Positions 63,464 to 64,000 of a stretch of 64,000 nucleotides of DNA are shown here, in pieces. The DNA is from Ignavibacteriota bacterium (lineage in GTDB: Bacteria; Bacteroidota; Ignavibacteria; UBA10030). The stretch lies in NCBI GenBank assembly GCA_963701295.1, contig OY969585.1:1504001-1568000 (forward strand), in the 5' to 3' direction. Positions within the stretch are counted from its first letter, which is position 1; each line of letters opens with the position of its first letter. Under the pieces are notes generated by a model that saw only the letters and a program-made list of their open reading frames with translations, was not told the origin of the DNA and searched no databases. Position numbers and translations under genes: made by a program.

Positions 63464-64000
63464 TTATCGTACCATCAAAGTTTGATCGCGGCGCGCACCG
63501 ACCGATACCATCCAGATATTTGTGTCGAGCATTTTGCCTATTGCTTCGAGGTACTGTTTCGCTTCCTTCGGTAATCTTTTATAACTTCGGATATCCGAAG
63601 TCTTTGTTTGCCAGCCCTTAAAGGTCTTGAAGACCGGTTCTACCACGTCGAGCGTTTGTGAATCAGTTGGGTAATGATGGAGCTTCTTGCTGCCGACTTT
63701 GAATCCGGTGCATACTTTGATCTCCTTAAACTCGTCCAGTACATCAAGTTTAGTAATCGCGATTCGTTGGATGCCGTTGATGCGAATGGAATATCGCAGG
63801 CTCTCCGTATCTAACCAACCGCATCGCCGCGGTCTCCCTGTGGTGGCGCCGTATTCGCCGCCGATTTTACGCAGCCGATCACCAATTTCATCATTCAGTT
63901 CTGTCGGGAATGGACCATTGCCAACACGCGTGCTGTAGGCTTTTACAATTCCGACAATAGAGTCGATGGAGGTTGGAGGAATACCAAGGCCCGTGCAAGC
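63464..64000 (-). CDS. purA: Adenylosuccinate synthetase, 3' part (5'-truncated by the window edge)
   Basis: - strand frame reads KAYSTRVGNGPFPTE...EYGATTGRPRRCGWLD...TKLDVLD...VSVGARRDQT. Confidence 0.95.
   Translation of the reverse strand, partial: ACTGLGIPPTSIDSIVGIVKAYSTRVGNGPFPTELNDEIGDRLRKIGGEYGATTGRPRRCGWLDTESLRYSIRINGIQRIAITKLDVLDEFKEIKVCTGFKVGSKKLHHYPTDSQTLDVVEPVFKTFKGWQTKTSDIRSYKRLPKEAKQYLEAIGKMLDTNIWMVSVGARRDQTLMVR

Overview
Mostly core-chromosome DNA from a diderm bacterium, most likely Ignavibacteria or a related Bacteroidota-Chlorobi-group lineage. This is inferred from the QNYPNPFNPTT-type T9SS C-terminal domains, the lepA-lepB-lepB-hemW and parA-parB-DUF5683 gene order, and the Kdo/Lpt operon. 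About 55 recognisable CDS cover propionate metabolism (split methylmalonyl-CoA mutase, epimerase), TrpB2, transketolase, the SAM cycle (metK, ahcY), aspC-pckG, ferritin, aroF-tyrA, kdsA-kdsC-kdsD-lptC-OstA-lptB, ispE, gmd/GT4, a PlpD-like patatin autotransporter, a PDZ-GAF-PP2C sensor, speB-thyX-folA and a partial purA. No rRNA, tRNA, CRISPR array, integrase or transposase was seen. The best signals missed by the ORF track are: (1) a complete Trp-leader attenuator (WRWRW peptide, probably near-leaderless) in front of a stand-alone trpB2; (2) a decayed accessory patch at 58.0-61.3 kb with integron attC-like half-sites, a NucA-type nuclease fragment and a frameshifted isochorismatase; (3) an 18-bp palindrome inserted in frame in hemW; (4) a 44-codon remnant of a DUF2723 glycosyltransferase before gmd; (5) a decayed partial copy of the LOG gene beyond a DUF362-T9SS gene; (6) a candidate ~130-nt rod-like ncRNA; and (7) thyX sitting next to folA. 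All family assignments are from motif recognition by eye; no database search was run.
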